64,000 nt of DNA from Styela clava. Taxonomy: Eukaryota. The notes below the pieces were generated by a model. The model ran no database searches and had not been told where the DNA came from. It saw only the letters and a program-made list of their open reading frames with translations. Location of the stretch: contig NC_135264.1 of assembly GCF_964204865.1 (NCBI RefSeq), forward strand, positions 15,252,001 to 15,316,000, given 5' to 3'. The translations under genes and the position numbers were made by a program. Below are positions 24,646-37,439 of the stretch, piece after piece. Position 1 is the first letter of the stretch; the number at the start of each line of letters is the position of its first letter.

Positions 24646-25388
24646 AATCAACACGTAACATAGTTACATCTAATAAATAATCCTTGTATAATAGGTAACT
24701 ATTTACATTTCAAGTGCAAAATCGTAACATGAGGTTGTGGAACAAATCAAATAGAGTAAATGTCGATTCTGTTGAGAAGTTGCCAAAACAAATAATCTTC
24801 ATAATTTCATAGCAGTCTCGACACGCAAGCCCAATTAAACAAAAGTTAACTGAAAACTAGCTATCTACATTGCACATCATGAAACCGTAACATAAATATA
24901 TATATATATATATATTAACATTCTAACAGTTGGGGTTACGTGAAACTAACTACCTGTCCTTGCTCTATGCCTGTGCGCAAGCAGAACCGTATGCGTATGA
25001 CGCAAGGATGCTGTAGCAAGAGTGAAAATGCCTATTTCTATTTAATTCAAAAGTCTTGCAGACGAAACATTACAGAAATACATTTGTGTTAGTCTGCAGC
25101 AAGACTCTTGAATTAAATAGAATATTAACATTCAATAGATAAATGATTCCTGTATGATCAGGTGGCTGAACAAGAATTGAATAAAGAATGTGTGATATCG
25201 CATGTATTTTGATAAAACAAATAACAAATAAATTTTCTTATTTGATAGCATTCTCGATATTTAGTTGTGTGTCCTAATATGAGTGAGAGAGTGTCTGAAT
25301 ACCACTGTGGAAATTCTTAGACTATAATGGCGTATCGGGCACATGCCCCATTTCCGCCACTAACACTTTATATACAGCAAGTGTGTAG

Positions 25389-26201
25389 CAGGGGTGGCCA
25401 ACCTGCTTTTGACCGCGATCAATTAAAATCTTCAAAATAGCTCGCGATCGATCGATCGGTAATAATATACAGATAACTGCAAAGTGAATCCAGCGCTGCC
25501 AATAAGCTCGTCTCCGTGGGCGCATTTTTTAAAGGAGTCGCCATGAAAATTTGTATTTTTTTAAGTTCAATTTAATATTTCAATTGATTATGTGATTTTA
25601 CTCGGAGTAAATTTTTTTCATTTATTCAAGATTTATTCAAATCCTACAATGCATATCTAAGGCCTGCCTAATTTTGATCGTAAGTGTTTAAAACTCCTCA
25701 AAAAAAACTTGCGAAATATCAATATTATCTAAACAGCGAAAAATAACTAGTCTCAAACCATGAATGTTACATGACTGCTCAAACTTGAGCATCTAATTCA
25801 CAATTTCCTCCAAACGTGATTCTTCGTTCGCTTGGAATTGAAGAAAAAAATTGGAGCATTCAGATGCCACTTCTATCGTTGCGAATCTATCTATCTATAG
25901 TGCGATTTATCACACTACTCTTGGAATGAGACAATAAATTCCGCATAATGCAGAACTTAATGAAGGGTTGTTTCTCAGGTAATACACGCGATGTTCGTCA
26001 CGTTCATTTCTATTACGTAATAATATGCTCAATCGGGCTTGCCCAGACTTAAATACTGTATTTTGCGCATGTACAGCGCTTTATTCCACATGTTTCAAAA
26101 CACACTAAAGATGCTGCATGAAACTGTTTCAAGGCAATTTATTTGGGTATGATATTGAAATCACGCAACATCAGACGCGATCGACGTGTTGGCCACCCCT
26201 G
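25389..26201. mobile_element. hAT-like non-autonomous element
   Basis: TIR caggggtggccaac; TSD gtgtgtag/gtatatag; cgcgatcga subterminal motifs. Confidence 0.82.
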
Positions 26202-26516
26202 GTATATAGCAACTAACAACAGGTTTACAACAGCAAAATTTGTATTAAACACAAATATAAAGTTATGACGAAGACAAGGCTACATATCTTGACGGCGCAA
26301 AAAACTGATTGAATGAATTTGATTGATGGTTAAAATATAACTGTCAGGCTCTCTCTCTCGCGTACGCGTCAATAATTGATAAAACCGTGGCCACTGTACT
26401 AAACAGTCTTTTCTCTTTATAACGAACGACGCGAATACTTCGGAGAATTAGTAAAATTAACATTAAATATTGGGTTATTCTGATAATGAAACTTTCAATA
26501 ATGACTTTCCACATCC

Positions 26517-27569
26517 TCACGCTAATAACCGAATTGCGTAAGTCATTTTTGGCGATTTTGAGTTTTTTATAAAATGGGTATTTATGTAATGCTGCGCACC
26601 TGTCTGTTAACTCAGATTTTATTTTAAGAATTCCGAAACCCATAAAAAGGGAGATTTAGTATGACATAGACATTTGTGCAATTTTTTCGTCATAATGAAT
26701 TATCATTGTTACCGCAGGACTATTGTGACGTCACAAAGGTAAAATAACCTCGGCGAAGTATTTTCGAGTTTTTGCATCTCGGATTGTAGCTTAGCGCGTA
26801 TTAATTTGAATTTATACTACAGTATAGACTATAGGGAGACGTGCACTTGTGATATTCACTGTCCGAGTCCAATTCACCTTGGTTGGCTTTTATATTGGGT
26901 GCATTGCTGTTTTATTCTTTATATTTAATATTAGTCTTATCTCGATGGGTGTGCAAAACGTGTTATATTGATGAAATATATATTTTTAAGCATAAAAAAT
27001 AATGTAATTGAAACTGATTAACTATTTTGGGGATTAGACATTGCAGATACTGAGAATTACATTCGCTTTTGGAATGTTTAGTTTTCAGGACTGGTGCATA
27101 ATAGTAATGTTGCAAAATTGCGTATGTCCCCAAGTCATAGACACATTTCTGGGGGCTCCCGAAGTATGCGAAACAAGATGGCAGACATCGGAATGTAATA
27201 TGTGTACAAAGGTTAGGGTTAGGCTATAATTTTAGGTATAAATACTACGGGAGGCTCTTGGCTAGTCTTCGAACTGATAATAGGACTAAAATAAGGAAAA
27301 TTGGAAAAAAATTATCGCCTAACCCTAACCTGTTACCCATGTTACGTTCCGATGTCCGCCATCTTGGTTCGCATACTTCGGGAGCACCCATTTCTGCCTA
27401 AGTCACAGTGCGCCATTATGGCGTCACTTAACTGCGTCATACAATTAACTTAAATCCGGCTACGATCGAAAAATTGAACCATAGCAAATTATTGACTCTC
27501 AATGACATAACAATATCATTTTTCTCAAAACTGCTAAAAATGACTTACGCAATTCGGTTATTAGCGTGA
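26517..27569. repeat. 34 bp perfect inverted repeat pair (26517-26550 / 27536-27569), probably an old TIR element
   Basis: tcacgctaataaccgaattgcgtaagtcattttt and its reverse complement. Confidence 0.7.
27152..27388. mobile_element. Merlin-like MITE family A (~235 bp, ~75 bp TIRs)
   Basis: GG termini, long TIRs, perfect 8 bp TSD catttctg (27144-27151 / 27389-27396). Confidence 0.85.
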
Positions 27570-28427
27570 CGATATCTAAAAAAACGTCGTTTTCCGATAT
27601 AATTTCCTAATCACAGCTCAAAAGGCAATATCAAAACAGTGAATGTTGGTAACTCCAAGGAGTTCTATTATAAAATTTGGGCGATTGGCCAACAAGACAA
27701 ACGAGGCCCATCCTGACTACTATTTGCCGATGAAAGCAATGAAGCGTAAAATAGCAGCATTGGTATGTTACCACCACTATAAGATAATTCTGGCCTGTCT
27801 CGCTTCGCAACATGTTCATTGAATGCATACTAGACCATTTCTCGAATCATACCACATTAACAATAAGAATAGGTCCGTGAAAAATAAAGAATCTACCTGT
27901 TTCCGCCTGTGTATAAGTCATTGTTTAGAACTTTAGATAGTCCCCATATTTGTTTGGACTTGTGCTAATACACTTAGATCTATTATCATTTTATCGCGTA
28001 TTTAGATTTTCACGGCGTGATAATTATTCCTTTTTTCGCTTTACTATGTACGACAGCGTGCTTTCCGTATTATGCCCGGATGAAGTTTTTCTAAATGAAA
28101 ATTCGGAATGGTCGTAAATCACATCGTTTTGCTATACACCGGTTGTGCTTTATTTATCACCGAATATACCTGGTGGCAATCATACGCTTTTGTGTCTTTT
28201 GAATTCATATTGTAGATATAAATAGGCAGTTCGCGGTACTGACGTATCACTCGTAAAAATTTCGAAATACAAATATTGGTTGCATCAGCCGTCAATATAA
28301 GCTTTGAGCAAAGCGGAGATTTCTCCTCTACTTCCGGAGTCAATTGATATGCACGAACAATGCCCTGCAAGATTTATTTGAAAATTTGGCAATTTGACTT
28401 GGATTTTTCTGTCATTAACATCGGTAA

Positions 28428-28660
28428 CTAGTTTTTGCAATTGTTTGGTTCTCTATTACTATTGGTGACTATTGGTGTGCTACAACACACATATAATAAG
28501 TTCATCTTCGCGACAGATATATTAGGAAATAACGCTTTGTGTAAGAGACAATAGCGCTTATGACTCAGACTTTGAATATACAGCAATACCCAGTTTATCA
28601 AAGCAAACACGCGGCGAGGTCGGCGTCTAAATATATCTTCAACGGACGATATGTGTAATT
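28428..28660 (-). pseudogene. Possible death-domain C-terminal half remnant
   Basis: Open frame HISSVEDIFRRRPRRVFALINWVLLYIQSLSHKRYCLLHKALF; nucleotide similarity to 35680-35745. Confidence 0.35.
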
Positions 28661-28690
28661 GATATTTTATATGGTTCCAGATGGTTTACT

Positions 28691-28860
28691 AACAGTTCCT
28701 TATCTCATTGGCTACGGTTTAATCACGAAATTAAATTTAGTCCAATCACAGTCGACTACTAACCCGTTACGTATAGCGAGAACTACCGTCATGTGACCCT
28801 AGCTCCGTCTCCGGTCATTGTATTTGTTTGCAGAATGTCTGCATTTTTTGACGCCATCTT
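28691..28860. promoter_or_regulatory. Promoter-like motif cluster (two CCAAT boxes, GTCATGTGAC E-box, YY1-like)
   Basis: ATTGG 28707, CCAAT 28742, GTCATGTGAC 28788, GCCATCTT 28853; same order and spacing at 35774-35937. Confidence 0.45.
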
Positions 28861-29493
28861 TGTATTGAAACCAGTTAATAAAGTTATTATATATAGTGAA
28901 CTTAGAAGTATAAAAATTTAAAAAAATTAATTTCATTAATAGTGGTTCTTTACGTATAAAAAGTATTTGCTGCGTTCGTGGGAGTGAAATTTTTTCTTAG
29001 AAATTGTCTCCCTAACGGATGAACTTTGCCTCTCACACTCGGATTATTTACGAAAATTCTGCGCAATTAGGTTTCAATGTGTCTACTCTATGACACATAT
29101 TCTAAATCTTTATGCGTAACATAATATTTATCACATCCTAACAAATTGATGAAGGAAAATTTACAAAATGCAAAACGCGTTTATTCACCCGAGTACCGTA
29201 ATCCCCGCATCATGTGTCTGTCAATGTCGCTACTACTCGCAGTTTGAAAGTCTTCGAAATTCCTAGTTTTGAATTATGTTCTGCGCACTAGACCGTATAC
29301 GTATTATGTATACACGAATACCATTATGCGAATCAAACAAAATAACCCTTATGTTATCGCGTTAGCGACATAATAAATGCACTTTACGACTTAATGTGTC
29401 ACCTCAAGCCAAGAGTCGCCTTAAATAAAACACACCTGTACCAGGAAAAAATGTGCAAGTCCATTATACACTTTTCGACATGTTTGGCCAAAT

Positions 29494-31544
29494 TATAACA
29501 CCAGCTATCATAATTCATTAACTAGACTAGATCACGCCCTGAGTGTAAATATTGACAGCAAATCTGAAATAGTGTCTTACGCAGCTTAAACAACAAAGTA
29601 ACGTAAAGGCAAACCACGGGTAAAAAATGCGTGCTAATTTAAACCCCCGTTGAGTGCAAACATAATTGAGAGTTTCATATATATAATTTTAGAGTAGACA
29701 TTGATAATAATCATCACCATCTTGAACATTTAAAAAAAATTGGGCTTGATAGCTTAGAGCCGAATCATACACCACCATCTGTCGAAAAAGGGTCTTGCCA
29801 CGAGGATCTCGCGTTTTCTATAACCATCTACAAGACGATTATCTATTTTGAAGAGTTTCACACAGAAAATTTTATGCCCAAAATTTATGTATCACAAAAT
29901 TACTAAATAACTAAACATTATTTGGAAAAATACTCTAATATCAGGTGAAATTTCCCGCTTCAAAAATAACAGTTTCGTCCCACCACCTACAAGACGATTA
30001 TCGATTTAAGAATTTCATAAAAAAAATATTTTATGCTCAAATTTTTCTATGTCTAAAATTTTCAGTTACGTAGAGTTTACATTTCATAGCTGTTTTGCTG
30101 ATCGTATTGACATGATTTGCTTAAAATCTTGCACCAAAAGCTTTTCACTAACGCATACTTCTGCGCTATAATTCTTTATAGTCTTGATCACAGTTTCTGG
30201 CATGACTTCCCTCAGAGATGCGTTCCTTCAGTTCTGAGTGAGTGTACGTGAACATACATGAAGCAAATTTTCTCAAAAAATATGAAAATCTTGTGACATT
30301 TTTTCATCTAACCATTGCCCTTATAAAGTTTTTAAAAGCTGTCAAAACTCACAACATTTTTTTTGCACTCGTTCCACCTCTATTTACTATGAATAAACCT
30401 GGCTCTGAAACCTGAACCTGGTAGACGTTCTATATTTTTAACCAAAATCTTTTCTATAATGTTGCCAATACCTCAAAATCTAAGAGTTTATTGGTTTTAA
30501 AATATTTGCGGATCAAAATATAACACCAGCTATCATAATTCATTAACTAGACTAGATCACGCCCTGAGTGTAAATATTGACAGCAAATCTGAAATAGTGT
30601 CTTACGCAGCTTAAACAACAAAGTAACGTAAAGGCAAACCACGGGTAAAAAATGCGTGCTAATTTAAACCCCCGTTGAGTGCAAACATAATTGAGAGTTT
30701 CATATAACAGTATATAATTTTAGAGTAGACAGACATTGATAATAATCATCACCATCTTGAACATTTAAAAAAAATTGTGCTTGATAGCTTAGAGCCGAAT
30801 CATACACCACCATCTGTCGAAAAAGGGTCTTGCCACGAGGATCTCGCGTTTTCTATAACCATCTACAAGACGATTATCTATTTTGAAGAGTTTCACACAG
30901 AAAATTTTATGCCCAAAATTTATGTATCACAAAATTACTAAATAACTAAACATTATTTGGAAAAATACTCTAATATCAGGTGAAATTTCCCGCTTCAAAA
31001 ATAACAGTTTCGTCCCACCACCTACAAGACGATTATCGATTTAAGAATTTCATAAAAAAAATATTTTATGCTCAAAATATTCTATGTCTAAAATTTTCAG
31101 TTACGTAGAGTTTACATTTCATAGCTGTTTTGCTGATCGTATTGACATGATTTGCTTAAAATCTTGCACCAAAAGCTTTTCACTAACGCATACTTCTGCG
31201 CTATAATTCTTTATAGTCTTGATCACAGTTTCAGGCATGACTTCCCTCAGAGATGCGTTCCTTCAGTTCTGAGTGAGTGTACGTGAACATACATGAAGCA
31301 AATTTTCTCAAAAAATATGAACATTTTTTTCATCTAACCATTGCCCTTATAAAGTTTTTAAAAGCTGTCAAAACTCACAACATTTTTTTTGCACTCGTTC
31401 CACCTCTATTTACTATGAATAAACCTGGCTCTGAAACCTGAACCTGGTAGACGTTCTATATTTTTAACCAAAATCTTTTCTATAATGTTGCCAAGACCTC
31501 AAAATCTAAGAGTTTATTGGTTTTAAAATCTTTGCGGATCAAAA
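29494..31544. repeat. Near-identical tandem duplication, units 29494-30518 and 30519-31544
   Basis: Base-for-base match apart from a few SNPs and three small indels. Confidence 0.97.
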
Positions 31545-32589
31545 AACACATGCTTGGAATTCAGCCCAGTGTCTTCATACCCCGGACATGCCTACAGATT
31601 GTATTGATAACACGCTACTGATACCAAGACAAATTAACGTTTGGGTTTCATTGAGCTGTTGCTTGTGACTGACTAGTAGCGGAAATGGTAAAAATAACTC
31701 TATATAAAGCATCCTAATAAAAGAAGTAAAAATACTTTGCGTCGTTGCTGCGTCTCGTTCGCATGTACTCACGACTAAATAAACGTTGTTTGTGTGCTTC
31801 TCGATAAAAAGACAATATACCGGCATAACCGTAGCGATTGAATTGTTAGATTTTTCTGAGTTGGTGTTTCAGATTAAACATTTCTTGATCAAATACATTG
31901 CTTCCGCTGCAAATTAAGTTTTAAATTGTGAACAAATTGATACATTTTCTAAGTTTGTGACGTATTTTGCAATTACGTACACTCTTTTCTAGTTTACCTC
32001 GGGCATAAACGGGAGAAGTACCGAGAAATTTTATTGGCCACTTGGTGGTGACGAAAAGTCACGTTGCTCATAAACGAATGTCTACGCACTGTCGCATCCG
32101 AAACTTTCCGATTTGTTACGAAACCTTCCGAATTGTTACGAACACATTTATGTTGTTATTGTTATGAATATAAAGAGATTAATTTGCCGCAATTAGCCAT
32201 GCGATAGTAGCTAGCAAACATGATTATTTCCGTCTCGAATTTGCTCACAACAAGGCTCTGAATAAGCTGTTAATGCTATATATATATAGTAGATATTAGC
32301 AGGAAATAAAATCGTATCAAAATCAGTTGCCTAATCTAGTGTAATCGACGAACGAGGGTTATCAGATGCAGTGAATATTATGTAACTTTAAAAAAAAAAT
32401 TTCTCTATGCCTTTATGCTAGAGGATCCGTATGAGTATACTGCGAGGATGCTGTAGCTGGAATAAACATGACCATTGTAATTAAAGAGTCCAGCTGCACA
32501 CTAACACAATTGCATTTCTGTACCGTTTCGTCTGACCAAAATCAGACATCCTCAGACAAGCAGCTTACAACAATGGCGAGAAGTCCTAA

Positions 32590-33300
32590 AATCTTATAAA
32601 TATTCGATTTCCTTCGGTGCAAATCTACGAGCGCTCGATACAGATAGATGTTTCATGTTTTTATATTTATCTTGAGGCAAACGGAAGCCGATTACATAAT
32701 TATACCATCAAAACAGCGGTCTCATCCGGTTACCGATTCCCATCCCAAATGTCTATGTCAATCCCTGTCTATTTCTGCAAACCCCAACTGCAACTTCAGA
32801 AACTGCCAACAAACAATACGAAATATATACCTCACTTACTTGCAACTAGACTTATTGCATTGCTTGATAACCAGCCTCCGTTCCTCGCGACTTCCTGCCC
32901 TTAGTAAAATTATGTAACCAATTTTTATTTCTTCCAATTCCGTATGCTACTTTTACTGGATGAAATAAATAAACTTATCTATGTCAATAAAATACTTGTT
33001 AACTTCATTGACACATAATATAACAGGCAGAAAAAGCCGCTACATTCAAAGGCGAACAAAAAAAAACGATCTGCAATAGGGAAAAAGCATTCCCCGTTTA
33101 TATTCGCAGTCGCGAAATTTATGTCTACGTCTATTTGCCTCACAAACACATCTAATACCGAGAGCAAACAGAACCAAGTTTGAACGACGGTTTCTGGGGA
33201 ATGGCGTAAATAAACTTTGTTTAATTCTTCTGGATAAAGAGATCATACTATTCACTCCACAGATCAAATTACTTCATCAGCTTTATCATTGGGCATGTAT
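32590..33300 (-). pseudogene. Death-domain pseudogene
   Basis: From 32899: QEVARNGGWLSSNAISLVASK*GI / CWQFLKLQLGFAEIDR / IDIDIWDGNR*PDETAVLMV*L / IYLYRALVDLHRRK, which gives DD helices 1-6 in order across frameshifts. Upstream frame LYPEELNKVYLRHSPETVVQTWFCLLSVLDVFVRQID. Confidence 0.7.
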
Positions 33301-34022
33301 GATAAAGTAGTATTGGAGAAAATTTAAACCAGAACGTTGCGTGATCAATCGTTAAGTGTTTCAATAACTTGGGGTTTTTCTTCCATCCACACAATGCAAG
33401 GAAATAGAATGTTTCATATTGTTGCCATTTCCGCTCTTTAGTTCTTCATCGTTGCTATAATACTTAATTTGTGCACACGTTATGAACCAGTTAAACTGTG
33501 CAAAGATGGAAATACAACTTGTACATTACGCTATTAATGACCCATTAAAGATTGGATAAATAATTAATTTTTATGCATAGTGAGTGAGATTAAAGAGTTC
33601 CAAAACATACGAATGGATTTTGACAATAGAGGTTGGAAATCACTACCTAACAACGCGAATGGTTTTTCCAACCAGGTCTCAGCAATAGACTATTATTTAT
33701 GGCCATTTGCGGGACGCATTTACTTTTATTTGATAACAAATACAGAAGATAAGTCAACATATCCGCCCGCCCCCGCGTCTGCTCGATCGTTGAATTAACA
33801 TCATAGTTGTTGTTCCATTTGTACTAAGGAAATCCTATTCCAAGACAGACCAGGACAGTAAGTTCATTATCATATAGTCATTTATAGCTTTTTGTGTTTT
33901 ACGTGTTTGCTCAATCGCTAAATTTTCAAGCTGTGCTTGCAGATATAATTTTATACGCATACTAAATGAATCCTTTTAAAAACATTTATAGTCGCAACGT
34001 TCACAATGAATAATGTCTAAAT

Positions 34023-34323
34023 CAGGGGTGGACAAGATTTTTGAACTAGGGACCAACGATTTTGCCCACCTGGACTGGCGGGCCATGACAAGTGTGACGT
34101 AATAAGTAACATTTTAAGAACAATATTTACGGTGTTACAAAGCGAAGGTGGAAAATAATATGCTTCGTGCCAAAACTAAATTTAACCGCAATCTCAACAA
34201 ATTCCTTCAGCTATTTTAGCTAAAACATCAAAATTCGGTTTGGTTGTGGCAGAATCTGGCGGGCCAGATTGAATTACACAACGGGCCGAATTTGACCCGC
34301 GGGCCTTACTTTGCCCATGTCTG
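34023..34323 (+). mobile_element. hAT-like MITE
   Basis: caggggtggacaag...ttgcccatgtctg; perfect 8 bp TSD gtctaaat; partial inverted copy at ~45730-45860. Confidence 0.85.
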
Positions 34324-35111
34324 GTCTAAATCAATCTACTGACGTTTAGACCGAGTCGATGTGTAACTTTATTAAAATACCTAGATGAAATGGATAAGGG
34401 AATACTCATTAAACTGAAAGAACTAAAATATTATTTTTATCATATGGCAAATTTAAGAACGTAGCTGGCCCAAAAAATGGGGGAGGGGTAACTTTTTTTG
34501 TATAATGACGTAATACGACGTTTACTCGTGCCCTTTGCTCCGAACAAAGCTAGATAAAGGCAGCCAACGATATCTCCGAAAATCACAAAGTTTTAAAATA
34601 TTTCAGTCTGGAACTACTCGAGTTGGTTGACCACAACACTTCGTTTTTTTTTTATAAAATGCTTGGACAATGCCAACGTTTATTGTTCATTAGAAGGGGC
34701 CATATCCCCATCCCGCAATTTTGAAAATTCATTCAATGCAATTTTGCGGCATTCGCAATAAGGCATAAATTCAAACCAATCGAAAAAACTTCGATAGCTA
34801 GGTACCTATTTAACTTTGATTCATACAGACCTGGTGTCTAACCGGGGGAATCACCTTAGTATCGCTCTACGTGTCATATGATGCTGCAATTTACAGTTAG
34901 CACAAAGAACTGAAATTAGTTGCACGAAACAAAAAGCGCAGGAAAGAAGTATCAAGACATGAACATCAGAGATCACACTTGTATATGGTACGTAAATATT
35001 ATCATTTTCTTAATAGCAAGTAGAATATTTTAAATAAAATACAGATCCATCAAGTTGGCTAAAAGTAGCTTACTGAGTGATGATTTTACCGAAATCGTAT
35101 ATTTTGAGAAG

Positions 35112-35370
35112 GATAAGATGGGGTTTACATATGTATTCCGGGCAGAAGAAAGCCGATAAGACGACTTAATCATTTGGCGAACAACGCAATAAACTTGATG
35201 GCGTAGGATGCCGTAAGGATGCCGTAGAGTCTAGCAATCCTCTCGCACATGACCATCCCCCACGGAATTCGTTTAAATCTGCGATCTTGAATCTTGCGAA
35301 CACGCGCAAGGTAATCCAAGTGCTGTAGCAAGCGTATTCCCAACGCTTAGCACGATGCATCACACCACCG
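35112..35370 (-). mobile_element. Degenerate internally deleted SINE
   Basis: agcaatcctctcgcacat.accatccc and gcgtattcc.aacgcttagc match the SINE. Confidence 0.7.
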
Positions 35371-35644
35371 GAAAATACCATAACTAATTTTGACATCAGC
35401 GATGTTTGTGTGCAATTTTAGTAAGCGAATTATCCACCATCAGCCATCACTCTGATCCGTTATAACTATGGAGGGGCCAATTCAAAGTCACGTTAAAAGT
35501 AACTTTACTTTTCTTGTGTATTTATAAATATATAGGAAATCACGCTTAACGAAACTCGATTAAATTTTGTAGTGGTTAAATTTAAACGAACGAAAGACCG
35601 TGGTACACGGTTTGATTCAGTCGTTTTATCGACTTTTCTCACCT

Positions 35645-36000
35645 GTGAATAGATTTAAATCTTCCATATTTCTATATTTTGCCCAATTACAAAAGCAGTC
35701 GCTCTCGTTAAAGGCGTCGGGATATATTTATAAAGGTCGTTGAAAGAAATTCTGCGGTTTTGGGTGATTTGCCAACAGTTCCTTATTTCATTGGCTGCTT
35801 CTGATTAACGGAATGATATTTCGTCCAATCAGAGTCCATTACTAAAAGATAGAAATAATGAAGAAGACAGTCATGTGACGTCAGCTTCCGTAGCCTACGT
35901 TTGTATTTTTTTTCTCAATCTGTATTAGACTCCATCTGGGCCCTAGGGTGTCGCTGCTCGATAACCAGTACTGTTTTTTGGCGTCTCTTTTAACCCTGTT
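35645..36000 (-). pseudogene. WLSS-type death-domain-family remnant
   Basis: KQYWLSSSDT at 35945-35975; homology to 4675-4735 and 28600-28860; donor cag|gtgag at ~35642. Confidence 0.4.
35774..35937. promoter_or_regulatory. Second copy of the promoter-like motif cluster
   Basis: ATTGG 35790, CCAAT 35825, GTCATGTGAC 35870, CTTCCG 35885. Confidence 0.45.
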
Positions 36001-36949
36001 AAATGATATTCCTATTTTATTCTACACCGTATATGTATGCTACGTATTTCCAGCATTGGTGGGAAAATAAATTGCTGATTACTGATTAACAAATATACTT
36101 GCTATTTCGTGAGAAGAGAATTATGTCCATCTTATAAAATTCTATATTATACAATCGTGCGTCATTAGGATAATGAATAGGAATGAAAGGGCCAATGTAT
36201 ATATAGGGTGTTCATGAAGTCTTTAAAAAATTTTAAAATTGCAAAGGGAATTTATCGATACCATATATTGTTTTGGGCCTCACAGATGTCTTAAATGAAG
36301 TAAAAATACTTGAACAATTATTGATCAAAAAACAACAAACCTGGTTAAGATATATCGAGAACTGACTTCATAACAGAATGAAAATTGCAAAGGAAACACG
36401 CGTGTAGGTCAACCTCTACGTTATGTGAGATTTACGATTCCTAAAAACTCAACTGTCACCATACAACCTTATCATTATTCTCATGCGGGGTTGGAAAATT
36501 CTTGATACACATTCTAATCTAAATAACACGCTTTAGCATTTCTAACATCGGCAGTTCCTAGTTACTAGAAACGGCTTGTTGGTCGACTTTGTTGGCCGTG
36601 CAGTATTGCCCGCCCCTTCCGATTATATGTACCGTATGTATGTTTATTTGCCTCAAAATGTAACAGTATCTACATAATAATTAAACAAAGTAAAAGAGAC
36701 GCGATGCATGTTCAAGACCTTACTGGCCATAGAAACAGACGTGCGACATGCACTGCAGACATAATAGCATAACAGCATTTTAGAACTGCTGCGTTATATT
36801 AGAATAATAGAAATGGAATATATTTGATGATTATTGTTTGTTTATTTTTACTGCAGGGCCTCATCATTTCAATGGTATTTAAGTGTTATTATGATTGGCG
36901 AATTCTAAATCTCATTATGATTAAACAATCCATGCTCAACAGAGTGGAT

Positions 36950-37430
36950 AAACCCCGTGAAATATCCTTGTCAATCGATGAAAGTATGAAGTAAAAGTAA
37001 AATCTTTTACGCCTAGCATTGTGGCCCCTCCGACTGCTTTTTCAAATAACCTTTTAACTGAAAGATTTTCCTAAAACGAACGCTTTTTCCTCTCTGCGAT
37101 GTTCGTTCATACTATAAAGGGTGTCCATAAAGTCCCTCTACAATCTTAATTTTGTTATGAAGTCTGTTCTCAATATATCTTAACCATGTTTGTTGTTTCT
37201 AATCAGTAATTGTTCAAGTATTTTACCTCCATTTATTACATCCGCGAGGGCCAAAAGAGTATACAGTATCGACAAATTTCCCTTTGTCATTTTAAAATTT
37301 TTCAAGATTTTATGGACACATCTATACAATCTATCTAAGATCGTCTCCCAAGCTTTAAAATCGCGAGTCGACGATAGAACGAACGCAGATGCGAATGTGC
37401 ACAAAACGCCGCATCTGAAAGCTTATATAT
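36950..37430 (-). pseudogene. Death-domain remnant split by a Tc1/mariner MITE
   Basis: LSDAA/LCTFASAFVLSSTRDFKAWETILDRLY [MITE 37115-37324] SMNEHRREEKAFVLGKSF. Confidence 0.5.
37115..37324. mobile_element. Tc1/mariner-type MITE
   Basis: TA-flanked agggtgtccataaa...tttatggacaca; relatives at 36204-36395, 40306-40491 and 43299-43457. Confidence 0.78.
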
Positions 37431-37439
37431 AAAGTTACC

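Noticed and set aside
27211-27223. Interstitial telomere (ggttagggttagg)
   Set aside because: Only about two units, and always inside MITEs.
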